Translations under genes and position numbers: made by a program
Shown here: positions 24,382 to 37,389 of the stretch, in pieces
Layout of the letters: each line of letters begins with the position of its first letter
Position numbering within the stretch: position 1 is the stretch's first letter
Source: Octopus vulgaris
Lineage: Eukaryota
DNA length: 64,000 bases
Assembly (NCBI GenBank): GCA_951406725.2
Contig: OX597834.1
Location: forward strand, 29,574,001-29,638,000
Direction of reading: 5' to 3'
Notes under the pieces: model-generated
What the model was told of the DNA's origin: nothing
Seen by the model: the letters and a program-made list of their open reading frames with translations, nothing else
Database searches by the model: none

Positions 24382-24685
24382 CTATATATATATATACACA
24401 CACACATATCTTGGGATCATCAATTTATGGAAGTTTTATCAGTAAATTAAAATGTGTGTATGTTTGGTGAGATGGCTCATTGGATATGATATTGGGTACC
24501 TGCACCTATATTGGTTTCATATTTGCTTGTAATATTAGACTTCAGAGTTCAAATCCTACAAGAGTCAACTCTGACTTTCTTCCTTCAAGGATTATTAAAA
24601 TAGCAATACGAGTTAAATACTGGGGTTGCCATCTCAACTAGGCTCCTCTTTCCTTCATATTTCTAGCCTTGTGCCTATATTAGAA

Positions 24686-24725
<40 letters not shown>

Positions 24726-24800
24726 TTCATCATCATCATCATCATCATCATTTAGCGTCCGCTTTCCATGCTAGCATGGGTTGGACTGGCATGGGTTGGA

Positions 24801-24892
<92 letters not shown>

Positions 24893-25083
24893 TTGTTGTT
24901 GATGTTGTTGTGAGTGGGTGTTGAACAAAATTTCTTTTAACACTTTACATTCTCAGTTCAAATTTCATTGAAGTCAGCTTTGCCTTTCATCCTTTTTAGG
25001 ACCAATTAACCAATCATTTAACCAATCAATTAACCTCTTCCCACTAAAGCTGCTAAGCCTTGTGCCAAAATTCAAAACAATTA

Positions 25084-25120
<37 letters not shown>

Positions 25121-25493
25121 TACTATTATTATTATTATTATTATTATTGTTGTTATTTAAGGTAAGCAGTCTGACAGAATTGTTAGCAAGCCAGGTGAAA
25201 TGTTTAGTAGTATTCCATTCGTCTTTATGTTCAAATTCTGCCAAGATCAACTTTGCCTTTCATCCTTTTAGGGTCCTTAAACATTGGGGTCAATGTAATC
25301 GACTTACTCAACCTTTCAAAACTGCCAGCCTTGTGCCAAAATTTGAAATCCTTATTATTTTCAACAGTTTCTGGTAAATTTCACCTGCTTCACCTGGTAC
25401 ACCTTCCTGTTCCTTGAGGTGGGTGCAGCATTGTGTGTCCATGTTTATGTCGGTGTTGGGAGAGTACAGATTCTTCCCATTTCTGCATTGCAG

Positions 25494-25693
25494 AAATCAC
25501 TTTGCTCTGTTATGGAGCTAGGGTTGGGGTTTTTGTTGTGTTAGTGTTTGTAGACTGGAATAATTGCAAAACATATGGAAATCTAAACAATTGCAGCGTG
25601 GAAGGTGTTTGTAAGCCATTTAAGAAACACACAAAAGCCGTTCGATTCACTTCAACATTTAAGTTTAATTTGTCAAAATATTTTCGTCGCTAA
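25494..25693 (+). CDS. Candidate alternative 3' exon xITLLCYGARVGVFVVLVFVDWNNC... interrupted by an inverted-repeat insertion
   Basis: TTCTTCCCATTTCTGCATTGCAG acceptor in phase 1 of ORF 25433..25693. Confidence 0.4.
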
Positions 25694-25833
25694 AATCCGC
25701 GACCTGTTCATTGACAAACGGATTTTAGCGACGAAAATATTTTGACAAATTAAACTTAAATGTTGAAGTGAATCGAACGGCTTTTGTGTGTTTCTTAAAT
25801 GGCTTACAAACACCTTCCACGCTGCAATTGTTT
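25585..25833. repeat. Perfect 115-bp inverted repeat with a 19-nt spacer (Penelope-like insertion)
   Basis: 25585-25699 is the exact reverse complement of 25719-25833. Confidence 0.92.
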
Positions 25834-26814
25834 TCGTTTCAGCACACGATCTCAGATCAAATCACTTGCTATGCAAGTACATCTCCGTAATATGGAAATC
25901 TGTTGGCTGAACTTTACTTGCAATTCCAGGAATCAACTTTGTAACATATGTTTTTTTTTTTTTAAACTGATTCTATATTCAAAGTAACAACATCTATGGA
26001 ATACTCAACCATTCATTTTTTCAATTAGATGAGCCGATTGTATTGCCGATTCAACAGGAATACTCGTTATCGAAATTAATGGAGGATCCATTTATGATAT
26101 GAAGATATGACTATTTGAATGCATATATGTGAATGCATATATGTGAATGTATATATGTACGTGTATGTGTGTGTGTGTGTATGAATGTGTTGTTGAGTAA
26201 GTGTATGTGTGTGTGTGAGATTGTGAGAGGTTTCCATTTGTGATACTGTCTATTACTGCCAATGAATACATGTTAGTTTTTTTTTTTTTTATGTGCTTCA
26301 TGATAATAATTTTATGTATGTGTGTGCATATTTGTACACACACACACACAAACATACACACACACACACGTCTATATGACTATAGTAGCGGTCACATATC
26401 TCTGTACACAATGGATAATGAAATGGTCGTGGTGGTGGTGGTGCTGACACCGTACCAGGAGGGTTTACGTTGCTGTTGCCCAGCACCATAGCAGTACACT
26501 CGTCAATGGCACTGAAGTTCCAGAGAGTCTGGATGGGTTTTGCTTGTTGTTAGTTGTGTTGTTGATGGAAGCGTTATTTTTTGTTTGTTTATTTGTTTGC
26601 TTGTTTTTAACTGTGGATGTGGTAGTGTTGGCAGTGGTGGTGGTGGTGGTGGTGGTGGCGACAATGGTAGTAGTGGTGGTGAAGGTGGTCAGCTGTTTAT
26701 CAGATCAGTTGAGTGAATTATGATGAAATCTGAATCCAGCCATCAATGCTGATAAGGGAAGTAAAGGAGATGCTATGCACTGTACAGTGTGTTTGTATAT
26801 GCATATAACATATG

Positions 26815-26878
<64 letters not shown>

Positions 26879-26952
26879 TATACACGCATACATACATACA
26901 TATATATATCATATGGTGGACTGCTGACATACATAAATCCTTGGATCCCCTT

Positions 26953-26987
<35 letters not shown>

Positions 26988-27294
26988 TCACTAAGAATAA
27001 ACATAACTGCAAATAAGAGAAGACCCTCTCCTCCTCCCGGTGGTGCCGACGTATGCTGACAGTGTAGGTAAAGTGAGCTCTTTGCCACTGCACAGCAAAC
27101 GGGGGGGTGGGGAATGACGGTGGAGGTGGATGGGTTGAAAGATTCAGGCTTGTGGAGGTAGCAGTGGTGGTGGGCATATTAGGCAATAAGTACCTTCCTC
27201 TCTGTCCGAAAATCAAAGAAGCAAGAGGAATAAGAAGAGAGGGGCAAAGAGAAGGGATGAATTAGTTGTTATCAGTCAATGATTTTCACATCAG

Positions 27295-27416
27295 TACACC
27301 CACCCAACCACCAAGCTCAGTTTTGCTGCCGCCCCCCTAGTAGCCATCCCCCTTTTCCATCCCACCCCCCTCCAAAGCCAATGGACATAAGTCTTCATCA
27401 AAGACAATATAGTTAG
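27295..27416 (+). CDS. Candidate alternative 3' exon xHPPNHQAQFCCRPPSSHPPFPSHPPPKPMDISLHQRQYS*
   Basis: ATTTTCACATCAG acceptor, 40 codons in phase 1, two AATAAA just after the stop. Confidence 0.4.
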
Positions 27417-27531
27417 AGGAAGAACAATAAAATACAATAAAATACAAGATGGAACTATGGTGGGGAAGTGCTACTAAAAAACAAAACAACCACCGACATC
27501 ACCAACACCATTTTCAATAACGTCCCACTCT

Positions 27532-27546
27532 CTGCTGCTGCTGCTG

Positions 27547-27581
<35 letters not shown>

Positions 27582-27666
27582 GCTACTACTACTACTGCTG
27601 CTGCTACTACTAATACTACTACCACCATCACCACCACCACCACCACCACTACTGCTGCTGCTGCTG

Positions 27667-27698
<32 letters not shown>

Positions 27699-27882
27699 GC
27701 TACTACTGCTACTACCACTACTACTACTACTACTACTACCACCATCACCACCACCACCACCACTACTGCTGCTGCTGCTGCTGCTACTACCACTACTACT
27801 ACTACTACCACTACTACTACTACTACCACTACTACTACCACTACTACTACTACTACCACTACTACTACCACTACTACTACTA

Positions 27883-27913
<31 letters not shown>

Positions 27914-28002
27914 CACTACTACTGCTGCTACTACTACTACTACTACTACTACTAATACTACTACCACCATCACCACCACCACCACCACTACTGCTGCTGC
28001 TG

Positions 28003-28057
<55 letters not shown>

Positions 28058-28082
28058 CACTACTACTACTACTACTACTACA
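27532..28082. repeat. Compound (GCT)n(ACT)n(ACC)n trinucleotide array
   Basis: Direct inspection; the block order recurs. Confidence 0.9.
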
Positions 28083-28337
28083 ATGAGGCGTTGCAAGTGG
28101 AACATTGAGATAACAACAGCAACAACAAAAAAGGAAACCATCAGTTTACTCTTCAACAGAACCATCACCAAAACCAGAAGCTGTATCCACAACATTTTGA
28201 AAAATATGACACTCCACTGAGAATGGATCGAGACAAACAAATCATTTTTCTGTCGAGGTATTTCTCTTTGGAATACGTGTGTGTGTGTGTGAATATGCAT
28301 GCATTTGTCTGTGTATGTGCATGTATGTATGCGTATG

Positions 28338-28372
<35 letters not shown>

Positions 28373-28839
28373 TGTGTATAGTTTGCTCTCTTCTGAATCC
28401 CCATCATTCTCAACCTCTATCACATGTCACATCCCATTATTTACCAAATGAACATCATGTTTGTCTTTTAATAAGGAGAGAGGTGACTTTCTCCAGGGAC
28501 TCCACCACCACCACCACCACCTTGACCACCACCTCCACCACCACTTTCTAACTACAACTTTCCACCATGTTATTGCTGTCCCTTATACCCCCCCCCCGCC
28601 CCCTTTCTTCCCACCCTTTCTTATCTTCTGCAACTCCCCCAACCATTCACCCATTGTCCTGAACCAACTTCAATTCGGTCGGGGCGCAGTTGTGTGGGGT
28701 GAAACACAAATAAGTGCAGAGACAAACCAACAAACCCATGGACAAGAAAGAAATAGATAAAGGCATAAATTTATAAATAAGAGCCAAGAAATGTTATATC
28801 TGTAGACTTGGATTTCAAACATGAATTATTTCTTTACAG

Positions 28840-28916
28840 CTAATGTCCATTCAACTGATGCAGAGGGAAATGGCCAAGTGGATAAAGTATCAGACAACTA
28901 TAGCTGGAGGTTATAA
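28840..28916 (+). CDS. Candidate alternative 3' exon xNVHSTDAEGNGQVDKVSDNYSWRL*
   Basis: ATTATTTCTTTACAG acceptor; possible stems TGTCCATT/AGTGGATA or CTGATGC/GTATCAG with G-U pairs. Confidence 0.45.
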
Positions 28917-28989
28917 GTTCATATTTCACAACTGTAGGCAGTTTTATGTGGAACTCGAGTCAAGCAACGAAATATACATGGTTGATGTT

Positions 28990-29165
28990 ACCGCGTGTGT
29001 ACCATTGGCGATTTTTTTTTTTCCTCTGTCTTCCCTTCTCTGGATCTTTCCTTCTCCAATGTTTCCGACGAAGAGCTCCGCTCGAAACGTTAAACCCTCC
29101 TTCTTTCCTGAGCGTCCAATAATACTATATTTGTTCCACATCCTCGCGTTGTTGTGTTTTTTTGT
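28990..29165 (+). mobile_element. Penelope-like short element (family E), hammerhead motif at 29061-29095
   Basis: GTTT CCGACGA A GAGC-TCC-GCTC GAAAC GTT AAAC. Confidence 0.7.
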
Positions 29166-29390
29166 GCTTGGCCGATTTAAATGCTAATGGGTTAATGTCT
29201 CCATTATAACCATGGATTTCATTCCTGAATTAGTCTAATAACCCACTTCAGGACCCACAGTGTAAAGCTGATAACCTGGTTATGTTCAGCTGTGAAGGAC
29301 AAATCTAATGATAATAATAATAATAACAACAGTGTATCTAGAACCACAACAGATAAATGCCCTTCCTGCATTACTCTTTGGGTAAAGAGT

Positions 29391-29428
<38 letters not shown>

Positions 29429-29562
29429 AAGGTAGAAGTTTAATAAGAGTGTCCTTCAAGGAAGGAAATTTTATCAAAATGGAAAAGAAAGAGAAATATA
29501 CAAAACAAAAGACAAGCAATGAATCATCATAAGAGAAAAACAAATAAATAATTCCATATATG

Positions 29563-29612
<50 letters not shown>

Positions 29613-31443
29613 TTATATATGTACACACATACATATATATATGTAACTCCATAATACATTATAAAGTAAATCCTTAATAATTATAGGTTTGATCTTAACA
29701 AGAGGCTATATGTTAATACAGTAGGATAGCTTGGTGTATTTATATATATAGCTTTTATTTATTGTTTTTCAATTTATCTATAAGTATTTCTTAATTCTAT
29801 ATCAAACCTTCTCTCTTGGTACAATATCTGAAACCTCAAATGCTGACAAATACAGAAGCAAAACCTCAGACATGAAGAAACAGATGACCAAAACCTGAGA
29901 ACTTACATAAATAACTTACAGAAAAAAAAAAAAAATAGTGCTTTGAGGTGCTGCTCGCATTTTACACAGCATACTTTCAATGCAATAGACAGCATGCAGA
30001 GCTGCACTCTGATGTACAGTGAAAACACTATAAAAATAAGACTATAGAAGTATTACTACTAATATTACAACTACAAATAATAACAACAAGAACAAGATAA
30101 CAAGGAGACATTACCAGAACATAATACGATGACACTTTGAACTTCGATCCATATAGTTATAGACAAACATAAATGATCACACAGCAATAAATGCCCCAAA
30201 TGTATCTTCTCCCTCTCCCTCTCTTTCACTTTTACTTTCACTTTCTCTTTCTCTCATTCACTGACAAGCACGCACATACACACACAGAGGTATGTTTTGT
30301 GCAACATTAAACAGAACCGATGAAATGTTAAGTCCCCAATGAAAGACTCCTACCTAGACTTCCAACCAAAGAGGCCCACAGATCTAGGATTATGATTATA
30401 ATCATTTTTTTCCCTATTGGTCACAAGAACCCAGTGTTGGGTGGAAATTACAAAGAAAACAGTGGTGTTAGGGTTTATTCTAAAAGTGTATGAATAATTG
30501 TCAATGAATGTCGAAGGGCACACAGTATACAAAATTATATAATGCCCCTAAAGTAGGGCAGCCACCTAAGGCTAATCAAGGAACCCTAAAGATCCAGAAT
30601 TACTCTGAAGACTAAGGCAAGTGAACTCCTCCCACTGTCATTTTCTGACCAACAAGGGTATCAAGTATAGACTTAGGTCAGTGCTTTTTAAACTTGTCCA
30701 ACACAATGGTGCAGACACAAGAATTATAGACATGCAAAAAAGACTTGTCTCCTCATTAATAAAGAGGGAGGACTTGGGTCTGTCATCAGCCCCAGGAGAC
30801 ATAAGGCTTGAGCTTAACCTAGGTTCCATGACTAAGATCACAGCGTTCCCCCACCCCTTGAACAGGACATCATGAGGTTTCTTTCATAGCCCTTGGGACT
30901 CATTCACAGCTGAGTGGACTGGAGCAATACAAAATGAAGTGTTTTGCTCAAGAACATGCTGCACTGTCCAGTCTAGGAATTGAAACTATGGTCTTACACT
31001 CATGAGAGCAACACCTGAACCACTAAGCCACGTGCCTGCACAAGAGGGGACGGCCGAAAAAAATTATTAACATTTTTGAATGGAGAGCCTGGCATTTGCT
31101 ACTTTGACAAACACTTAGTGAAGGTCATGTTTCCCATCCTCACCATCTTTCAGCAAATTTACTGGGGGTCAGATCTCACTCTTCATAACCCTTGCCAGTA
31201 ATTGAAGTATGATAAAAAAATTGATGAAGGATTAACTAAAGAGGAAAGTGTTTGTCTTCAGTTATGTCCACCATAGAACTTCTTTCATCTCAGCTACCAA
31301 GCAGTGAAAAACTGCCTACACTTCCAGGTCGAAGGAAAGTAGTGGGACAGTCTTCGTGATGAACTTAGCCAAGAACTAGATTTGTTCTACAAGAGACAGT
31401 TGCATGACAAAACTTCACAAGTCCAGAAGTCAGCAAAGCTTAA

Positions 31444-31664
31444 CCCTTTAGAGTTCACATTATTCTGCCAAAATTAATGCTTTTTCATCCACACTGTTTT
31501 GAACTAATCATGCCTTATCTTGTAGCTATGAGATTTTGATGAGGTAGCTGTTAATTTTTAAGATGATATTGTAGGGTTGGTGTGAGAGACCAGATCTGGC
31601 CACTTTGAACATAAAACAGGCAGAATACTTTTGGCCGGATATGGCCGGTTTAAATGCTAAAGGG
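31444..31664. mobile_element. piggyBac-like MITE, 221 bp
   Basis: TTAA flanks and CCCTTTAG/CTAAAGGG termini. Confidence 0.85.
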
Positions 31665-32427
31665 TTAAAGAGTGAAGGAGTGCATGGTAACCATTCCATC
31701 ACTCTGCATGCCAATGGTGCTTCCATACATCTAGGATTTATCTCAAATTAATAATGCCTCCCAGTTGCACATTCAGGTCAGTGGTTTCTGGAAGTCCTTC
31801 TTACAGATTAGCCAGTTGATTCTTGTCAAATGCCAGAGATTCTCTGAGAATGCCATCACATTTCCCACCACAAGTCCTTATATTGCTCCAGCTGTAAAGA
31901 GCAGTGAATAGATATGCAAGGATTTTACACCAATGTTTTAACCCCATACAGACCCAGCATGCTTCTAAATGACCATTCCTACCTCCCACTTTTACAAAAA
32001 AAAAAAAAAAAAAAGAAAATAAGACATTTCCAAGAATACTATTGAATACCAGAAGAAATCCGACCATTTTGAGCTGGTCAAGGCATAGATGCTAACAAGG
32101 CACCACTTTTTCTGAGATTTATACCCAGCGTTACCAATTTACTATCTGCATCCAGATCATTTGAGCTTTGAGATCTCAGCATTTCCAGAATAACACCACC
32201 ACCTGATTCTAGCTGTTGATGAAATGTGTACTCCTGAAAGTTACCTGGAAATCTTGGTTTTGCTCATCCATATTTCTAAAGCTAGAAATTCCTTGTGAGG
32301 ATCGGGCGTCGATGAAATCAACTCCAGTACTTGTCTGGTATTGTATTTATCCTACCCAGAAGGATGAAAGCCCAAGTTGCCCCCAGTAGGATTCGAAATC
32401 AGACTGTAAAGCTGAAAACTAAATACA

Positions 32428-32658
32428 TATTTCTTTACTATCCACAAGGGGCTAAACACAGAGGGGACAAACAAGGATAGACAAACGGATTAAGTCGATT
32501 ACATCGACCCCAGTGCGTAACTGGTACTTAATTTATCGACCCCGAAAGGATGAAAGGCAAAGTCGACCTCGGCGGAATTTGAACTCAGAACGTAACGACA
32601 GACGAAATACGGCTATGCATTTCGCCTGGCATGCTAACGTTTCTGCCAGCTTGCCGCC
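32428..32658 (-). mobile_element. SINE family B nested in an older B-like copy
   Basis: Matches family B; flanked by CTGAAAACTAAAT / CTGAAAAACTAAAT. Confidence 0.88.
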
Positions 32659-32951
32659 TGAAAAACTAAATTCAGCAAAGCATTTTGTCCAACACCCTGA
32701 TGATTCTGCCATGATAGGTTTTAAAGTTCTTTATACTATTACTTTGTTACACATTCTTATGAGATGATAGGCTTTGGTGAAAGATTGTATTCAGTGAACA
32801 GATTTGGTTTAGGAAACCCCTTTTATAATGTGTATCATAATTATTCATACAAACACTATTAGGAGTGTGTGTATGTGTATATATATATACACATATATAT
32901 ATAATGTTTTTATGTAATATAGGTATATTCATCTATAAATAATATATATAA

Positions 32952-32986
<35 letters not shown>

Positions 32987-33196
32987 TACATATACATACA
33001 AATATATATACATATACATATATATATATTATACACAATGTTTGTATATATGTTTATTGCCGATTAGAAAATGTGGGAAGAATAAACAGATTATCCCTAC
33101 ACTTAATCCAATAATCTTTGCTTATTGGTTGTTTTGAGTGACACAGCTCCTATGCATATAAGATAATAAGTCTATAAAACCCGAGAAGGTATACCG

Positions 33197-33242
<46 letters not shown>

Positions 33243-33256
33243 ATGAGTGTGTGTGT

Positions 33257-33295
<39 letters not shown>

Positions 33296-33607
33296 GGTTA
33301 GAGAGAACGAGAGGGAGAGAGAGGAGGAGATACACATCTTGGGTGTTTATTGCTTTGTGTTTGTTTAGGTTTGTCTGTAAGTCTGTGGATGCTTAGTCTA
33401 AATTATTAGACATACATCTGGTGTGTGTGAATGTGTGTGTGTGTGTGTGTGGACAGATGCTGTTTTCAGTGCATGCGTTTAAGGTATAAGTAAATGTTTG
33501 TGGAAACATTACATATTAGAGAGAGAGAAAAGCAGATATTTAGCAAGAGGAAGGTAACAAAAAAAAAATGAATGGGGCTAAACAACGGAATTGAGATAGA
33601 CAGAGAC

Positions 33608-33647
<40 letters not shown>

Positions 33648-34617
33648 AGAGATATAGACAAAGTGAGAGAGAAGTTTAGATATGTTGAATGTAAAAGGTA
33701 GAAAGGGAATGAAAGGACAGGAGAGAAAGCGATATCAAAAAAGAAAAAAAATTCATCCCAGATTCTGATTTCAAATTCCAGCAAGGTTACCCTTGCCTTT
33801 CAGCCTTTCAGAGCCGATAGAATAAAGTTCCAGTCAAGTACTGGATTCCATGGTATTGACTGACACCCACCCCAGTGAAAACTGCTGGCCCAAAAACCTA
33901 AATTAGAAACAATTGTTATATTAATGTGAAGGCATGTGGTCCAGTGGTTAACGTGTTGTACTCATTATTGGTACGTTGTGGTTTCAAATTGCAGACCTGG
34001 TGGAGCATTGTGTTCTTGAGCAAAACACTTCGTTTGATATTGGTCCTGTCCCACTCAGCTGTAAATGGACTGGCATCTCATTCAGGGCTGATGAGGTGAT
34101 CTTGGTCACTCGTATGCCATGCCATGATAACCAAGTGACCAGCCCTCTGAGTCCAAGGACTCAAGACAATAAGGCATAGGGATTTATTCTTACTCATTAT
34201 CATTATTTCCTTGTGTGATCAAGTTTGTCTTTCATCTCTCCACGGTCAATAGAGTACCAGTGATGCGTCAGCTTCAATGTAACTGACTTGCTCTTGTCCC
34301 TCAAAATTTGTGTTTAAAATGTAAATAAATATTGATAACATTACATATTAGAGAGAGAGGAAAAGAGAGAGAGAGAGGCAGAGAGAAGGAGAGGCAGAGA
34401 GAGACAGAGATATTCAATGGGAGAAGGGTTAAGAAATAAATGGGCTAAACAAGTCGGAAAGAGGGAAAAGACCGAAATGATGAGAGAGAGAAATGTTCAG
34501 ATGAATTGAATGAAAGATGAGAGAACAATAAAGTAGAAGATTCCAGAAAAGAGATGAAAATTGAATGAGGTGAGAATGTGATTGATCTAGGAAATCCAAT
34601 AACAGAAAGAAAAGATA

Positions 34618-35023
34618 CTCTTTACTCTTTTACTTGTTTCAGTCATTTGACTGCAGCCATGCTGGAGCACCGCCTTTAGTCGAGCAAATCGACCCCGGGA
34701 CTTATTCTTTGTAAGCCCAGTACTTATTCTATCAGTCTCTTTTGCCGAACCGCTAAGTGATGGGGACGTAAACACACCAGCATCGGTTGTCAAGCAATGC
34801 TAGGGGGACAAACACAGACACACAAACATATACACACACTTATATATATATACATATATACGACAGGCTTCTTTCAGTTTCCGTCTACCAAATCCACTCA
34901 CAAGGCATTGGTCGGCCCGGGGCTATAGCAGAAGACACTTGCCCAAGATGCCACGCAGTGGGACTGAACCCGGAGCCATGTGGTTGGTTAGCAAGCTACT
35001 TACCACACAGCCACTCCTGCGCC
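34618..35023 (-). mobile_element. SINE family A, full length
   Basis: Near-identical to the 22011 copy. Confidence 0.9.
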
Positions 35024-35260
35024 TATACAAGGCAAAAAAAATTAACAAATAAAACATGGAGAGGGATGGAGCAGCTAAGTTGTGGAGCAGATGTTTTCAG
35101 CCACTGTGCCATGACACACTTGATTATTGCATATGGTCCATACACATGCACACACACATCTTTTACATCTTTATAGCTGGTCTGGCGAACCTGCTAAAAT
35201 TAGTTACTAAAAATCTAAAACTTGCCTCATTTCTGTTTCCTTGCATCTCCATCCTGCTAG

Positions 35261-35433
35261 TGAGATATAGTCAGTTCAAATATTCAGTCAGCCACCCGGA
35301 TGCTGCAGGCTGGTCAGATGTTCAGCCAAATACAATAAAAGTTGACCATCTGTTTGCTTCTGACAGCTTCTTTTGTTATATGCTACAGATAATACAAAGA
35401 GGACTATACAATTACAATGCCAGTCCTTTCTGA
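35261..35433 (+). CDS. Candidate alternative 3' exon xRYSQFKYSVSHPDAAGWSD...NYNASPF* (in-frame acceptors also at 35177 and 35289)
   Basis: Long pyrimidine tract ending CTAG; three acceptors all in phase 1 of ORF 35056..35433; SHP motif; several short stems. Confidence 0.55.
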
Positions 35434-35445
35434 TTCTCTTCCTAG

Positions 35446-35486
35446 GTAAAAGCAAGTGCAATGGGGGAGGTACAGTACACTTCTAA
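35446..35486 (+). CDS. Candidate alternative 3' exon xKSKCNGGGTVHF*
   Basis: TTCTCTTCCTAG acceptor 12 nt after the previous stop. Confidence 0.35.
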
Positions 35487-35504
35487 AGGCAACAAGGCTA
35501 CTGA

Positions 35505-36268
35505 CTCATCGTCATCTTTCAACGTCTACTTTCCATGCTGGCATGGGTTGTATGATTTGACTGAGAACTGGCAAGCCAGATGGCTGCACCAGGCTCCAAT
35601 CTGATCTGGCAGAGTTTCTACTGCTGGATGCCCTTCCTAACACCAACCACTCCAAGAATGTAGTGGGTGCTTTTATGTGCCAGCCAGAAGGTACTGGCAA
35701 TGGCCATGCTCAAATGGTGTTTGTTTTACGTGCCACCAGCACGGGAACCAGTCAGCATCACACTCGCATGGTGCTCTTAGCACTCCACTAGCATGGATGC
35801 CAGTCATGCAGTGCTGTCATCAAATTTGATTTTGATGTCGATTTCACTTGCCTCAACAGGTTTTTGCAAGCAGAGTTTAGTAGCCAATGGCATAAAGGTA
35901 TGCATAAGTGGGCTTGTTATACCCCTGGCATAGGCCACGGGTTATGATCTCACTTGGCTTGTCGGCATATTTCCAAAGGTCTCGGTCACTAGTCATTGTC
36001 TCGGTGAGGCCTAACGTTCGAAAGTTGTGCTTTACCACTTCATCTCAGGTCTTCCTAGGTCTACCTCTTCCACAGGTTCTCTCAACCACTAGGATGTGAC
36101 ACTTTTTCACACAGTTATCCTCATCCATTCTCGCCACATGACCATACCAGCGCAGCCGTCTCTCTTACACACCACATCTGATGCTTCTTAGGTCCAACTT
36201 TTCTATCAAGACACTTACACTTTGTCAAGTATGCACACTGACATTACAAATCCAGAGGAACATACTGG
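35505..36268 (-). mobile_element. 5'-truncated RTE LINE: degenerate ORF end plus 3'UTR (family D sequence)
   Basis: - strand ERRLRWYGHVARMDEDNCVKK...CGRGRPRKT*DEVVK...TSDRDLWK with in-frame stops, continuing into the family D repeat and (GAT) tail. Confidence 0.88.
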
Positions 36269-36527
36269 TGGGATTTGAATTACAATCGTATAAAACAAGA
36301 AAAAATACAGCAAGGGTTTTTTTATGATATTCCATTTCTTCCAGTAGAATCACTAAAGCACCAAAAAAAATTACCCTTGTTGGGGTCATTGGGAAATATT
36401 AACTTGCTTAGAAAAAGGTAAGGTTTGGCAACAGGTGGGGTATAAGGAAAATTTGCCTTAATCCAACCCATGCAAGTATGGAAAAGTTACTTTGAAATAA
36501 TGATTATTATTATTATTATTATTATTA

Positions 36528-36589
<62 letters not shown>

Positions 36590-36940
36590 ATTATTATTAT
36601 CAACATTATCTTCTGTATTATTTTCTTTACATTATAAAAGTAATAATACACCATTTTGGTGTGGTTATGCAAAAGAAAAACTGTTATATCTATTTTTTTA
36701 AAAATTATGCTGTTTCTATTCAGCATTTTTTTTTCCTATGCACAGTCATTTTTTTTTTTAATATATTTTGCACAGCAGACAAATAAATTCACAAGGGAGA
36801 TCAAAGAATGTCTATTATACTACAGGAAGTGATAATTTCTTGCTCTTTTTTTTCTCTCTATCTACAAACTAGAGGGTATTTTTCACACAAACACACACAC
36901 ACACACACATATATGTAGATGTATGTACATATGTATATGC

Positions 36941-36977
<37 letters not shown>

Positions 36978-37060
36978 CATATATATACATATATACATAC
37001 ATCTGCATATATATATATATACATATACATATATATATATACATATACATATATATATAC

Positions 37061-37161
<101 letters not shown>

Positions 37162-37318
37162 TAGATATACATACATGCATATGCATACATATATATATAT
37201 ATATGCACACACACACAAATATACATATATACATCCACATATACATATATTCACATACACACACACATTTATATATATGTATTTATAGATAGAGAGATAA
37301 ATAGACAGACAGACAGAC

Positions 37319-37389
<71 letters not shown>

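Noticed and set aside
27455-28423. Mucin-like poly-Thr (+) and poly-Val (-) ORFs
   Set aside because: Trinucleotide repeat lacking stops; no domain or convincing exon boundaries
31040-32290. Possible highly decayed LINE coding remnant on the - strand
   Set aside because: Only a faint resemblance (LKHWCKILAYLF); no reverse transcriptase motif recoverable by eye
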